This document shows, piece by piece, positions 13,348 through 27,311 of a stretch of 64,000 nt of DNA. The DNA comes from Octopus sinensis. Its lineage: Eukaryota. Numbering within the stretch: position 1 is the first letter of the stretch; every line of letters starts with the position of its first letter. Position numbers and translations under genes: made by a program. The notes beneath the pieces are model-generated. The model saw only the letters and a list, made by a program, of their open reading frames with translations. It made no database searches and was not told the origin of the DNA. The stretch is taken from assembly GCF_006345805.1 (NCBI RefSeq), contig NC_043000.1:130014001-130078000 (forward strand), given 5' to 3'.

Positions 13348-13405
13348 GTCAGACGTGATCAAGCAAACCTAGGATTACGTACGTTCCAGCCGTTACCATT
13401 CTGTT
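13328..13405 (+). repeat. Short interspersed repeat family E
   Basis: ttagcaccaggtcagacgtgatcaagcaaacc...cgttccagccgttaccat. Confidence 0.6.
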
Positions 13406-13414
13406 TATATATAA

Positions 13415-13690
13415 CTGGTACTCCGTCGGTAACAATGATGGAGGTTCCAGTCGATCTGATCAAAGAAATAACCCCCTCTGAAATTAACAGGCAATTGGCT
13501 GAGCACTCCACAGAATCGCCTACTCATATAATACTCTCAGAGAGACTCAGCATAATACAGAATGTAACAACACTGGCCCTTTTAAATACAAGTACAACTT
13601 ATTTTTGCCAGCTGAGTGGACTGGAGCAACTTGAAACCACAACGCGTCGCCAGGCATCAAACATACGATCTTATGATCATGAGCCGGCGT
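13415..13690 (-). mobile_element. SINE family C, diverged
   Basis: Reverse complement aligns by eye with 22879-23201. Confidence 0.75.
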
Positions 13691-14088
13691 TGATGTACGT
13701 ATATATAATTCAATACGAGGAAAAAAAAAATTCCTTTTTAGGAATCGAAAACCATGCAATTTTCCTTGCTTTTTAAGTAAATACCCAATATGGCAGAGAA
13801 AAGCTTTCCACAACTCAAAAAGGTATAAATTCAATATACAAAATCTAAAAGATAATAGAGATATACAGTTGACACATTTGAAATATAATTTATTAAAATA
13901 TATTAACAAATTATAATTAATTAACAAATTAATAAACTACATTTAAAATATGTCAATCGTAAATCTCCATTTCTTTTGACTTTGTGTGTGTGCATGTATA
14001 TATATATATTATATATATACATACAGAGAGAAAGAGAGAGCTTTCGATCTGCCAACCCTACTGGTGGCCGGACCGGGCGAATTATATA

Positions 14089-14183
<95 letters not shown>

Positions 14184-14204
14184 TGTATGTGTGTATACAC
14201 AGGG

Positions 14205-14255
14205 GAACCGCTGTTACTACCATTTCAACCCCAAGAGGACGCCTTCATCAGTTGG
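14205..14255 (-). ncRNA. Hammerhead-core-like motif
   Basis: Minus: CTGATGA aggcgtcctcttggggtt GAAA t ggta GTA acag. Core words intact; stems I and II weakened. Confidence 0.4.
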
Positions 14256-14420
14256 TTATTCGATCAGGAACTATGTTAGCCGAAGTATCTTTTATTTCAG
14301 ACGGTATTATGTGATAAATGAGGGAGCACTGGCTGCTAATTCTGATGGGTAAAGTGAAAACAAATAAACTTCCGAAGTCACCTATAGATGAAGAGGAATG
14401 CTTAATTTCCAAACACTTAC

Positions 14421-14495
14421 TGCAAAAGAATTAACAAGAATTGAACAACATAATATTTCCAATGTGAAATTGAAACCGAACTGCAGACGTATGAC
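14421..14495 (-). CDS. Candidate 75-nt exon
   Basis: agttttctgcag|GTC...GCA|gtaagt; phase 0-0 open frame VIRLQFGFNFTLEILCCSILVNSFA; long upstream pyrimidine tract. Confidence 0.22.
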
Positions 14496-15019
14496 CTGCA
14501 GAAAACTCTAATTAAACGATGTTCGCTACATGAGAAATAATAATATATAAATAAACAAATACAGAGATAAAGAAATGAAGAAAAAAAAAATAAACATAGA
14601 TAAATGCATAAATAAGAAGTAGCAAAAACAACAACACATGACCAAATAAATAGCATTTTTTTCTTTATGAGTCACCTAAGCAGCTCAGTTCTCAGATTAC
14701 CCACGATAACTCGGCTGTTGTATCTTATCAACTTTCGGGATCCCTTGTCGACTTATAAGTTCTTTTGAAATGGTTTAGATTTCACTTTCAACGTAATCAT
14801 GCACACAAGAAGCAAAACCGTATTACCAACAGCTACTACTACTACTAGTTCTACTACTACTACTTCTACTACCTCTCCTTCTACAGATGGCATAGTAACT
14901 GTTATTTTGGCAGCAGAGCCAGTGACAGTGCTGGTAGCAGCAGCAGTAGTAGCGGTGTCAACAATGGATGTATGGGTAAAGAATGAATGCCTCTCATCTA
15001 GATAAACTCTTTGTAGCAG

Positions 15020-15261
15020 TAGCTCTTTTAACGAAAACAAAAAAATGTGCGTGTGCATGTGTATGTGTGTGTGTGTGTATGTGTGCATACATGCATATAT
15101 ATATAGATAGATACACACACATATGTAGACATAAATATATGTACAGTGATATACAACCGTACAACACATTTACACACACACACATACATACACATATATA
15201 TACATATATATATATACACAGACATATATATTCATTCAGCTTGCGTATGTCTATGTACTTC

Positions 15262-15323
<62 letters not shown>

Positions 15324-15452
15324 CGTATTTATATAATAATATCTATATATACGCAAGTATATATATATGTATATATATGCATGTATGTTAGTATGTATAT
15401 ATATATGCATGTATGTATATATATATGTATATATAAATATATGTATGTATGC

Positions 15453-15499
<47 letters not shown>

Positions 15500-15670
15500 A
15501 TATATATATATATATATATGTATATGTGTATATATATATGTATATATGTATATGTATGTATGTATACATATATGTATATATATATATGTATATATATGTA
15601 TATATATGTATATATATGTATATGTATGTATATATATATATATATATATACGTATTTATATAATTATATA
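15020..15670. repeat. Compound (TG)n/(CA)n/(TA)n microsatellite block
   Basis: Direct reading. Confidence 0.95.
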
Positions 15671-16189
15671 ATACACGCACAGAGACGCATTCATATCTGT
15701 TTAAAGAAAAACTTGTCTCCTACTTGGGACTCTGATGCGTCGAATCATCAAAAATATTTTTCTTTCATTTCGAATTATCAGATTTGCCTTTGTTTTGTGC
15801 GTATTTGGTTCCATGGTGTTTACCTCTGGAAGCTGCATGTCTCCATTAATTAATGTTATCATGTTCACTACGTCGCTATTAACATATACAATCACTAATT
15901 GCAACTGAGAAAGTCTGTATGCATTCACATGTGTACGAATGTGTTTAGCACAAATTTCATACAAATGTATGTATGTATATGCATGGATTTAGCATAAATA
16001 TGTTTTGTTCTTGTGGCTGTTCTTCAGCTCCCGGTCAAACTGATTAAGCAAACCTGTGATAAAATGTGTTCCAACCGTGCCAATCCTCTCGTAATTTTGG
16101 GCAAATTATAACTAGGAAAACATTACGCAATGGCTGTTTTCCCTTTTGCAAGACGGTAGATTATGCTTTGATATTAGACTACTATTTCT

Positions 16190-16567
16190 TATTTCTTTAT
16201 TGCCCACAGGGGACTAAACATAGAGAGGACAAACAAGGACAGTGCGTAACTGGTAGTTTACTTATCGACCCCGAAAAGATGAAAGGCAAAGTCGACCTCG
16301 GCGGAATTTGAACTCAGAACGTAACGGCAAACAATATACCTATTTCTTTACTACCCACAAGGGGCTAAACACAGAGAGGACAATCAAGGATAGACAAACG
16401 GATTAAGTCGATTATATCGTCCCCAGTAACTGGTACTTATTTAATCGACCCCGAAAGGATGAAAGGCAAAGTCAACCTCGGTGGAATTTGAACTCAGAAC
16501 GTAGCGGCAGACGATATACCAGTAAGCATTTCGCCCGGCGCGCTAACGTTTCTGCCAGCTCGCCACC
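16190..16567 (-). mobile_element. Dimeric SINE-B (full + 5'-truncated unit) inside one TSD
   Basis: Two tandem bodies; 16-bp TSD ttagactactatttct at 16174-16189 and 16568-16583. Confidence 0.9.
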
Positions 16568-17559
16568 TTAGACTACTATTTCTGGCAGTTCGAGCAAACG
16601 CAGGCTTTATTTATATGTATCTATGTATGCATTAAAGTTAAGTTAAACAAGGAAAGAAACACAAAGAGCTGTTAGTTGTTTTCCTTATTTTATCCCCATT
16701 GGTATACGTCGCGGGAGCGAGATACAGGGAAGTGGAGATTATTTTCCATAAAATAAATATTATTTTGTCAGAATTTGAAACGTCTATCACCTGACAGGAA
16801 ATGGCGTTGTTCTTACATATGTATTAAATGACCTTCAGTACATTATCACTGGAAGACAAACTATAACTTCAATCCACTTCTAATCAATACCAAATTATGT
16901 AAAATTTCATACGTAAGCATCTTAAGTCATGAAATGTTCTGCGTATATATACAAATATGATAAAATTATATAAACTATGTGAAAAAGCAATAAAAACTTA
17001 AGTCTAAAGAAAATCTTGTAACTTTGATGTAATCCAAGATCAGACATTTGCTGTCTTAGATGGGGCATAAAAGATTGCAAACCGAAATTTAAATACACAA
17101 CCAAAATGGGTCACATCCCTCTAAAACTGATTCAGAGTCATGTAGAAACCGTCATCAGATGCGAAATGAATAATAAATTTGCAAATCAACAGCTGCAGCT
17201 ATAGAAGAGACAATTCAAAGTCTACGTGAGGTATTCATGGATAAATTAGTTGCCCGGAAATATGAATAACAAGCAGTGAAAGGCTATATCATCGTAAGAA
17301 TTTATAACATAGATAGACCCTGACCCCCAAGCTTACAGTCAAGTGGTATATCACAACATGAAAGTCCATACAATCTAGGTTGTTGAGGCTCCCTCCAAGA
17401 TGATCTAGAGCTATTAAGGGGTGGGATCTGGAATGTAAACAAACAAGTACGGTGATACAAAGTGGTTAATGAAGTTACATAGTTAATATTGTGATAGTGA
17501 CTCCTAAAATATAAATCACCAATGAATCTCTCCTGATAATTGATGCAGATAAGCCGCAT

Positions 17560-19300
17560 GGAAAATCGGCCGGGGGAGATCTAGTAGTCAGATACGGGTA
17601 CAAGAAGTTCAAGTTCTACAGAGGAGTTCTCGCCAACACGTTCAAAAGAATAATCGAAACTGAACTCGATGTGCCAGACTGGTCAAGGGTGCATGGTTAA
17701 CACAAATCTAAGAAGCAAGAAGCACAAGTATCTCGATGACTAACGACTCATAGCATGACTAAATACTATGTATAAACTGTACATAATTTTCATGAATGTA
17801 TTTCTCCTGTATCGCCATAAAACCAGTAACGTGGTGAATAAGAAATGAGACGAAATAACTAAGTCAGGAAGTGTGTCAAACAGGTCCTCATAAACCAAAA
17901 TTATCCCTAAGGAATACGAAACATCAACGAAGTCTACTGTCTGTATGGGCATATTTTGAGAAAACGTTTGAGTCTGTTCCTCATTCCCGGATACTGGAGC
18001 CACTATATTTGGCCTTGGTTCAATATATTATAGTCGATATCATTAAGACAAAACACAACATGGTGCACACAGTTATCGATAACAACTTAGCCTTCTGCTA
18101 TAATCACAAACAGAATTTGGCTGTCGACTAGAATATTTCAAAGTGGCAGCTTGCCTGAAATATTTTGTTTCTGGCATCCATTCTGTCGAGGAAATACAAA
18201 TGCTACGAATTAGGATCTACAGAGAAAAAAAATTAACTTAGGCTTTATTCAAGTAATATTAACGACGGCAAGAGACAACATTCTCGCGGGACAAAGGAAT
18301 GGAGTTTGTTTAGAATAAGTGCTTAAATTCGGTTCTCAATCGAAAAAAGATAATTGACTAGGCAAGATTTATGAATATTAATGATGTTTCGGCTATATAT
18401 ATTTCCAACAGCGAGTAATACAATTATTTCAAAATCGATGAGAATATGGCATAAATTGGAGCAGTAATTAAAACCAGATCTGTGCACATTCAATAAGACC
18501 ATATCACAGATTAAGTTTACAGTACAGCTAGTATTTGGAATATTAGACTGGACATATAAAAAGATCCATGACATCAGAGTCAAAACTAAGAAGAAACTAA
18601 CCATCGCTGTTATCTTCCACATCAACATTGCTACTAAGAGGAACTGTGTTAATTGAAGAGATAGAGGCTTAGGCATTAACTCACTACAAACGGCCTTTGA
18701 GAGCTGCTTCCTTATCAGTTAGACAACTCCCACTCTGCTGAACAATAAAAGCGAAAGTGAATATATTCCATGTGAACTCAACAGCAAAAGCATTAATAAC
18801 ATAGGGGAAAGTGAAGAAAGCTTCAATAAATTGTCTGAGTATTTAGCTAATCTATGGGAACCAAGATTAGTTGCACTAGCTTCAAATGACTAAGAATAGA
18901 AACATTCATTATATTAGTAGAGATATATTCGTGAATATATGTTCACAAATTAGAGGATATGAACAATATAGAGTGGAAGTGTGAAAGCTCATGTACCTGT
19001 TATAGGTATGCCAATGTCACCTACAAGAATACGCACTCGTTACTCAGGAACATAAGATAGTTACTACATCACTAGGAAATATAATGAAGCCTCTAAATCT
19101 TCAAATTTTGATATAAAATCTCGAGTACGTGAAACCAGTGGGGAAAATAACGTCCATATCATCAGTAAGATATTACCCACGCATGAGTCATGATATTTTG
19201 TGCTAAACAAAATTTACAATAATATTCAGAAGATTGTTCAGGCTGTCGTACAAAAGATTCACAAGAATCCGAATATACTATCATCTTTTAAAAGAAGAAA
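17560..19300 (+). mobile_element. Highly decayed R4/Dong-clade LINE (RT region)
   Basis: AYFEKTFESVPHSRILE (cf. KAFDSVPHSWI); ILDWTYKKIHDIRVKTKKKL...RGLGINSL (cf. WT..ELD.KTRK...RGL). Confidence 0.65.
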
Positions 19301-19558
19301 CAGAACAATATTGGTGACACAGTACAATACAACAATACAATACAACCACTCGCTACATGTAGAATATGGAGGATATTGTTTTATAGGAGTAGGAAACAAA
19401 ACTGGTGAACTGTCGTAGAGGTCAACTGCTCAGAGGATGTGAACGTCTCATTTAAATAAAGGAAAATAAGAACGTATACAGCGAGTTAATGAGGAATATA
19501 CATCGCTTGTATTGACACCAACAAAACAACCCTTGTCACTGACAATAATAGTGCATTG

Positions 19559-19780
19559 GAAGGTAGCAAACTGGCAGATTCGTTTGCACGCTAGGCAAAA
19601 TGCTTAGCGGCATTTCGTCTGTCTTTACGTTCTGCGTTCAAATTCCGCTGAGGTCGACTTTGTCTTTCATCCTTAAGGAGGTCGATAAAATAAGTGCCAG
19701 TTCAACACTGGGGTCGATGTAATTGACTTACTCCTTCCCCGAAACTGCTGGACTTGTGCCAAAATTTGAAACCAATAATA
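19559..19780 (+). mobile_element. SINE-B with alternative 3' tail (B2)
   Basis: B head and central domain, then ccccgaaactgctggacttgtgccaaaatttgaaacc tail. Confidence 0.85.
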
Positions 19781-20221
19781 GAGCACTGGACGACAAATTT
19801 TCAAAATAGCCTCGAAATGTTACAATTCTCCAAGAAAGAACAAAACAAATTACCTTGTAGTCTCCAATTCCAATCGATTCGAAGAATAGCGAACATTTGT
19901 AACAAAATTTTTCTGGATTCTCCATCTGCGCTGCTTAGCATAAACATATGCATACGAACACATATGCAGAAGGCTTACACTAAGATACAAATACACGCAC
20001 TCATATACTACATATTTAGTTGTTAACCTATTCGTAAGTGCAATGTTTGTACAGAGGCATCAACAGATGAACAAACCAGTTCACTCACATATTCAGAAAT
20101 ATTAGACACTGTCTTCACTCACGCGAAAGAAACTTGTCACATAGTAAGTGATCATCTGAAATCGTGCGAAGGAAACGTAAAAAAACGTAAGTAAAACAAA
20201 CATATAGACACGCATTAGCGC

Positions 20222-20510
20222 AGCATGGCTACGCGATTAAGAATTTCGCTTTGCAACCTGTTTTCAGGGGCTCACTGCACAGCATTTTGACCAAGTGTCT
20301 TCTACTATAACCCTGGGCTGACCATTGTCTTGTAAGTGAATTTGTTAAACGGAAATAATATGGAAGCCACTCGTATATACATGCTTGTATGTGTAGTGTT
20401 TTCACCCCAGGGCTTGGCAACTGGTTCTTGTTTGCTTATATTGCCGCAACATAGAGGTTCGGTAAACGAAAAAAAAAGATTCCAATAGGTAGAGAACAAG
20501 TTATTTTACA
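20222..20510 (+). mobile_element. Old SINE-A-like copy
   Basis: caagtgtcttctactataaccctgggctgacc block and decayed head. Confidence 0.65.
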
Positions 20511-21969
20511 GTATAAATCTAAAGAATATAAAGAATCTAAAACTAAGAATCTAAGAAAAAACAACGAAGAATGTGGGAATATACGGTTAAGTGGTACAAG
20601 TCTCCATAAATTATCTAATTTTAGAGTTATTACTACTACTCATTGACGTGCGCTGCAGTGAGCTGAGTTGTACGAAAGAAGCTAATTCTAAAACTTACGT
20701 TCCTTAATACCTTTGAGGAAAGTATGTACTTTAATATATTCCATTATTCATCGTATATAAATGTAAAAAAAGAAAATGCAAAGACTCACGTGTCATTACT
20801 TAATTACAGTTATAATAGTGCATAGACAGCCTTACAATATTTAATTTCAACAATTTACATATTTATTGCAGGTAATTATTTGATAAAGTAACTTATACGT
20901 TGCCCGTAATAACTTGATAAGCTGGAAGACGGACAAGGCAGTTCATTTATCTGTCTGATTTGTGTATCCTTTGTCAAATAATTAGCGGTAACAAATTAGG
21001 GATGATTTAATTCACTCACCCGTACACAAACAAATTTGGTAGGGAGACAAGAGTAAAAGAAGCCTACATTTTAATGCAGTTTTATGACATCTCAAATGGT
21101 ATAGGCAATAGTAATATATCTTATTTCACTTATTTCATGTTGACAGACTTGAACAAACGAAGACCCGCGGAAAATATTCCAATTTTTCGCTAAGTGTCAT
21201 GTTCATTGATAGAGCTGTCAAGGAGTAAAAAAAAATTGCAAGGATTTAATACATCCATAATGAAAACAGAAAAGGTTGGTTATAATCTAATAGGTAAAAA
21301 GATAAAATGTTAATTCAGGCTAGAAAGTAAGGGTGATAGAGAAATCAGTTAAACAACTACTCTAGAAGACAGCGTTTAGTCTCTGAAAGAGTACTTCAAT
21401 GTGCCTGTTTGTTGTCAAGACTGTTAAATTGTTCCTGACCTATTTCCTATAGCATAAAGTGGGTACTATTGTTGGGTATAATACCACATAGTTGAAAGTG
21501 ACAGCTACATTATACTTGGCAATTGTTTCGTTACCGTTACTGTTCTAAGTGAAATTGCATTTGAGAATATCTGGTTTCAACCTAAAGTCTAATCTCCGAT
21601 ATACTCTAAACGTTATATAGAGTAGAAAGTAAAATGGTTAAGGTAGTTTAAGAATAATTAACTCGATAGTTCATTTTATCATGTTTTCATCATTAAAAAA
21701 AGCAGAGGTCTCATCATTTTAAATAAGTAGATACGTATGAGATTGTTTCACTTTACAAATAAGTAGGCAAAGAACCAGTGTGAAGCCAAGTTCTCTGGCT
21801 ATGATAACCATGCGACTGATGTAAAGCTGTACGTGTCTTTCGTTTGGTTAAGTACTTAGCCTGTGGTATAGAATATTTGTGTAGATTAGTTTGTAAATGA
21901 GTAATAACAATATATTAACAGAAAGGACTTAAATGGGGAAAAGGCTTAAGTGCGAAGCGTCAACGCTGT

Positions 21970-22100
21970 CAAGTCTTTTATTTTTTTGCCAGTTTCAGTC
22001 ATCAGACTGCGGCCATGTTGTATTACTCTGCCTTCAAGAACTTAATCGATCATATTGATTCCAGTACGTATTTTGGTCTAGTATTGATTTTATCGAATAA
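21970..22100 (-). mobile_element. SINE-A 3' fragment
   Basis: gtttcagtcatcagactgcggccatg. Confidence 0.65.
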
Positions 22101-22239
22101 TTAACTTTTGTTATAGCATTAGCTTTTCATAGACAGTATTGTATCAGAAACATTAAAAAATAATTCCTATAAAGTATATATAAATACATGAATATACATA
22201 AATTTATTAACACATGTATACGTTCTAAGTTTGAAAGCT

Positions 22240-22700
22240 GAGTCTTTTGTACAGTAGTTGTCATCTTTGCCAATACCGGTGTTTGTGACTTCAACTCTAA
22301 AGCTGTGTATGAGATGCATATAAACACGAAACTGAACAGGGTGGGATCAAGGCCACAATCCTGTTTCACTCTGTTAGAGAAAGAAAATGATTCTGATGTC
22401 TCTTTATTGTCTTGAAGTCTGTTCTACGATGAATTGAAGCATGGTAAACGTTTCAGAGAAGGTCCGGAAAAGTGTTACTGCGAAATTTCGACAGCTTTAC
22501 TGACAGCATAGTGAACAGTGTAGTATAGAGGGAAATGGTAACTCGTTGAGCAATGCTGGAGGCCTGGAAGAAATGTGCCTTCTGATCTGCCACTGCCTCC
22601 TATTTTCACCTTCTTGTGTAGATTGGACTAAACATCCACTTGCGCCCTCACAAGGTTCTACATCCAGGATGATGAGATGGCTCTTGTATTGCGAGACTAA
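22240..22700 (-). mobile_element. RTE-clade LINE RT fragment
   Basis: SNRVKQDCGLDPTLFS (cf. NGVKQGCVLAPTLFS); upstream decayed YKKKG.R..C...RGI.LL motif. Confidence 0.7.
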
Positions 22701-22740
22701 AAGCATATACCCACAGGTGTATATACATATATACATGCAA

Positions 22741-23201
<461 letters not shown>

Positions 23202-23546
23202 TTTATATATATATATATATATAATGTATCAAATGAAAAGGAAATTAAAGATCCGGGCAAATACTTTAGAAGTTCATTGTCAAGAAAACAAACTTGGCTA
23301 ACTAGATTGATTTCTGCTTGATGTAGAAATCGACGTAATCCATACTTTAACAGACTGTCAGCAGTCCACTTTGTAAATCCAAAATTTAGTCACCGAGTAA
23401 AATTGGTGTGATGTTACAGAGTATTATAGAAAAGACGTAAAATAATAGATATTTATTCCTTTAATTCCAGTTCATAAATTTAAGGGGAAAATGTGTAAGC
23501 TGGAATAAAATGTATAAATATCCATTACTTTTGTGCCTCATATAAA

Positions 23547-23589
<43 letters not shown>

Positions 23590-25664
23590 TATATATAAGC
23601 ATGATGAGGTTACAAAATTCTACTCACAAGGTAATATTTACTTTGAGTTTCAACATCAGTAGCTGAAGGGAAATATTAGTGGGCTGTTTCAAACAGATGC
23701 AATTTTAGGAGAGAAAGAATCGCAACAAATATTTTATCGGGAGTTAAGTGACGGTACATGGCTTGCTTTGAGTTAATATACAATGTACAGAGGACTTTGC
23801 TAAGTGCAACGGCGAATGGGTAATGAATACTGTGTTAAATTGTGTCAGTTATTGAACGTTGGTTCATTATTCTTTTTTGGAAAGCAATAAAGAGAAATGT
23901 ATTTTAAACAGGAGTCGAAGACCTTCCACGGTTTTCGCTCACCAAAAGATACTTTTACATTTTGGTGCTATATCTTATACAACGGTCATTGATGTTGAAT
24001 ATACGTTTCGGTTACTTTCTATGCTCTCGTATCTGTCATATTGAATCATGAATTTATATGAAATTAAGCAATGATATTTCATGATCGTGAATAATCCTAG
24101 ATATTCAAAGCATGTTACATCTTAAACTGTCTATAAATTCGTTCGTGGCTGCCTTAATGTTAATGTCCATTCGTAAAGTTACTTACAATATCCAATAGTC
24201 AACTATATAAAATGCTAGATCAGTATAAGCTGACCGAGCATAATTTTCAACTTAAAGTTCTCTGTTCAGGTATCTAGAATCACTAAGCGGATTTATTTTA
24301 AAGAATTGAGATTATCAGAATGATTTCTTGTAGGTCACGCCAACTAATTCCAAAGCAGTTATGACGAATTCAGATAGTAAGTTTTTCTAACAATGTGAAG
24401 AAAAGCTACGGCATTTTCAACATATTTTGACTAACTGACTACTTATAAACCTTATCATATTGCGGACAATATATTTTCGATGATAAAGGTTACACGGTAC
24501 GAGAATCACATGCGTGCGAAAGAAGCAATACTTCATACAAAATATAGTCCAAGCATTAAAGTGAAAGAAATATTATGTCGCCAATACCGTGTGAAGATTA
24601 AACTACTGGTGCATTAACAATATTTTGTTTTATTGCTATAATGCCCCATTGAAAAATTCTATAACCAACACCATGAACACATATCATTGTTATTATCTAT
24701 TCAAATATTTATGTGAGCATAAAACAGAAGATTTGAATTGCTTTTAATCCACACATTGCGATTTCTCCGGTAACCGCACAGCCTCCTTAATTACCCAGGA
24801 ACATATCATTTACCATCTCAATATTATTAAAGGTTTCACCGATTTCGATGGACCAGTTGTGTATATAATACTTTCCTGGCAGCGAGTTCGACTATAAATC
24901 ATGCGTGTTAGCTTATAAAACTATAGATATATGATACAGTACAATGTAGCCATAAAACGATACTATGTTAACGCACCATATCTAATCTCCATACACACAC
25001 ACACAAACTCACACATGCATATTTCTATATGTATAAAATACTGGGCATGCACATCCGTGTACGTGCATACACACGCGGGTGTATTTGTGTGGTTGTGTGT
25101 GTGTTATAATATTTGTTGAGACTATTTGTACGACTTATACAAGGAGTTAGAATTTCTTGCCAAGACACTCAACAATCTCTCGGGCGTTGATGTAATTCCA
25201 GTTGTATATTCAGTTGATAAAAAATAACATATACCCTGCTTTATGTAGTGGTTTTTCTGATGTACATCCATACACATAGGTACGTTGTATGTACGAATGT
25301 GTGTGTGTGTGCGCGTGCGTGTACATAAATGGACCACCTACAACTACTCATAAAAATAGAAGTGCTGTCTGCATTCTAGATTTCATTCAAGCCATGCGAT
25401 GCTGTTGAGTCTACGCAATACCTTCGGGACCATATTCAAGATAACTGCGTTTAAGATAATGATACAATTCAACAGTACTTTTACTTGCGAACAGATTACA
25501 AAAGTAATACTGTTTTCGATTAGTTTAGGGTATATTTTCTTACAGAGCAATTTTTTCGCGGTAAATAAATCTTTTACCTAGTCTTATTTCATACTTTTCC
25601 TTTTTTCTCTCTTTTCAGACATCCATATATTAATGTCTGTCTTTATATCTGTCTCTCGGCCGGT

Positions 25665-25790
<126 letters not shown>

Positions 25791-25958
25791 GTATATATAG
25801 TCATGTATATTTGTGCATGTGATTAGTATGGCTAAGTGAAGAACAAAGAGAAAACACACACACATGTATACATGCATATGCATATACATATTATATAATC
25901 AATATATATATATATATATATACATACATAAACATATGCATATATATATATAAATGCA

Positions 25959-26022
<64 letters not shown>

Positions 26023-26149
26023 TATATATACATAGATATCTATATGCATATATACATATATACATATATATATATATATGCATATATGTACATGGACACA
26101 TACTTAGATGGACTGGTAGATATAAATTCATATTTGTGTACATATATTT

Positions 26150-26193
<44 letters not shown>

Positions 26194-26627
26194 GTGTGTG
26201 TGTGTATGTATGTATGCACGTGTGGGTGTATACGCATGCCTGTATAATACTCTCACACATACACACACACAAATGCACACGCATGAACACACACGCACAC
26301 ACTTATAGAGAAAGACACGCAAACAAATATAGGAAGCCACATAGATACACACTGATAAACTGTTTGCGTATGGAGACCCATAAGTAACATAGACTGAATC
26401 AATGTTAAGAAACTGAGCTTTAGTAAACTAGAAAGGACAGAGCTAATTAGAAAATTCCAATTACAAGTCTTTAATGGAACTAGAAAATTGTGTACAAGAT
26501 TCCAGAAATTTAGCCGGTAGCAAATATCTCTACAGACATGTAGGCATGCAAATATATACACATACGAATGAACGCGTCCTGTTTGCACACGCACACACAC
26601 ACATATGCATACATACGTAAATAAATA

Positions 26628-26685
<58 letters not shown>

Positions 26686-26989
26686 TGGATGTATATATGT
26701 GTGTGTATGTGCATATGTATGTATGTATGTATTTGCGTTCATATATAGAGCAGCACATGGAACCATCCAGTTGATGCTTTTAAAATTCCAATCTATTAGA
26801 TTAGTTCCTGTTTAGGTATGTATATTACTAGAAAATTGAAAATCTAGACTGAAAAATGAACACAAAAAGTTAAATAGATACAATGTACATATATGTGTAA
26901 ACTTACATTTATACATACGAATATAAGTGCCTGAACACACACACACACATACATATATATATGTATGTGTGTGTGTGTGTGTAGTGTTT

Positions 26990-27200
26990 TTAATCTTTCT
27001 TTCGCATCTTTCAGTCATTTGACTCCGGCCATGCTGGAGCACCGATTTTAGTCCAATAAATGGACACCAAGACTTATTCTTTGTCAGCTTAGTGCTTATT
27101 CTATTGGTTCCTTAGACCGAACCGCTAAATTCCGGGGAAGGAAATACACCAACATCGGTGTGAAGCGATGGTGGGGGACAAATAGAGACACACAAAAATA
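26990..27200 (-). mobile_element. SINE-A 3' half
   Basis: tttcagtcatttgactccggccatgctggagcacc... Confidence 0.85.
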
Positions 27201-27225
27201 CACACACACACACATATATATACAT

Positions 27226-27306
<81 letters not shown>

Positions 27307-27311
<5 letters not shown>

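Noticed and set aside
14421-14495. Similarity of VIRLQFGFNFTLEILCC to the KCNT/Slo2 S1 segment (RIRLFNFSLKLLTC)
   Set aside because: It needs a 3-residue insertion and no other channel exons were found; gene symbol withheld.
17125-17160. ctgattca...gaaaccgtc hammerhead-like string
   Set aside because: The core is wrong and no stem I or II can be built.
20850-20875. Other AG|GT juxtapositions (20869 +, 24269 +, 35608 -, 36931 +, 48780 +)
   Set aside because: Weak pyrimidine tract or weak donor; within chance expectation.
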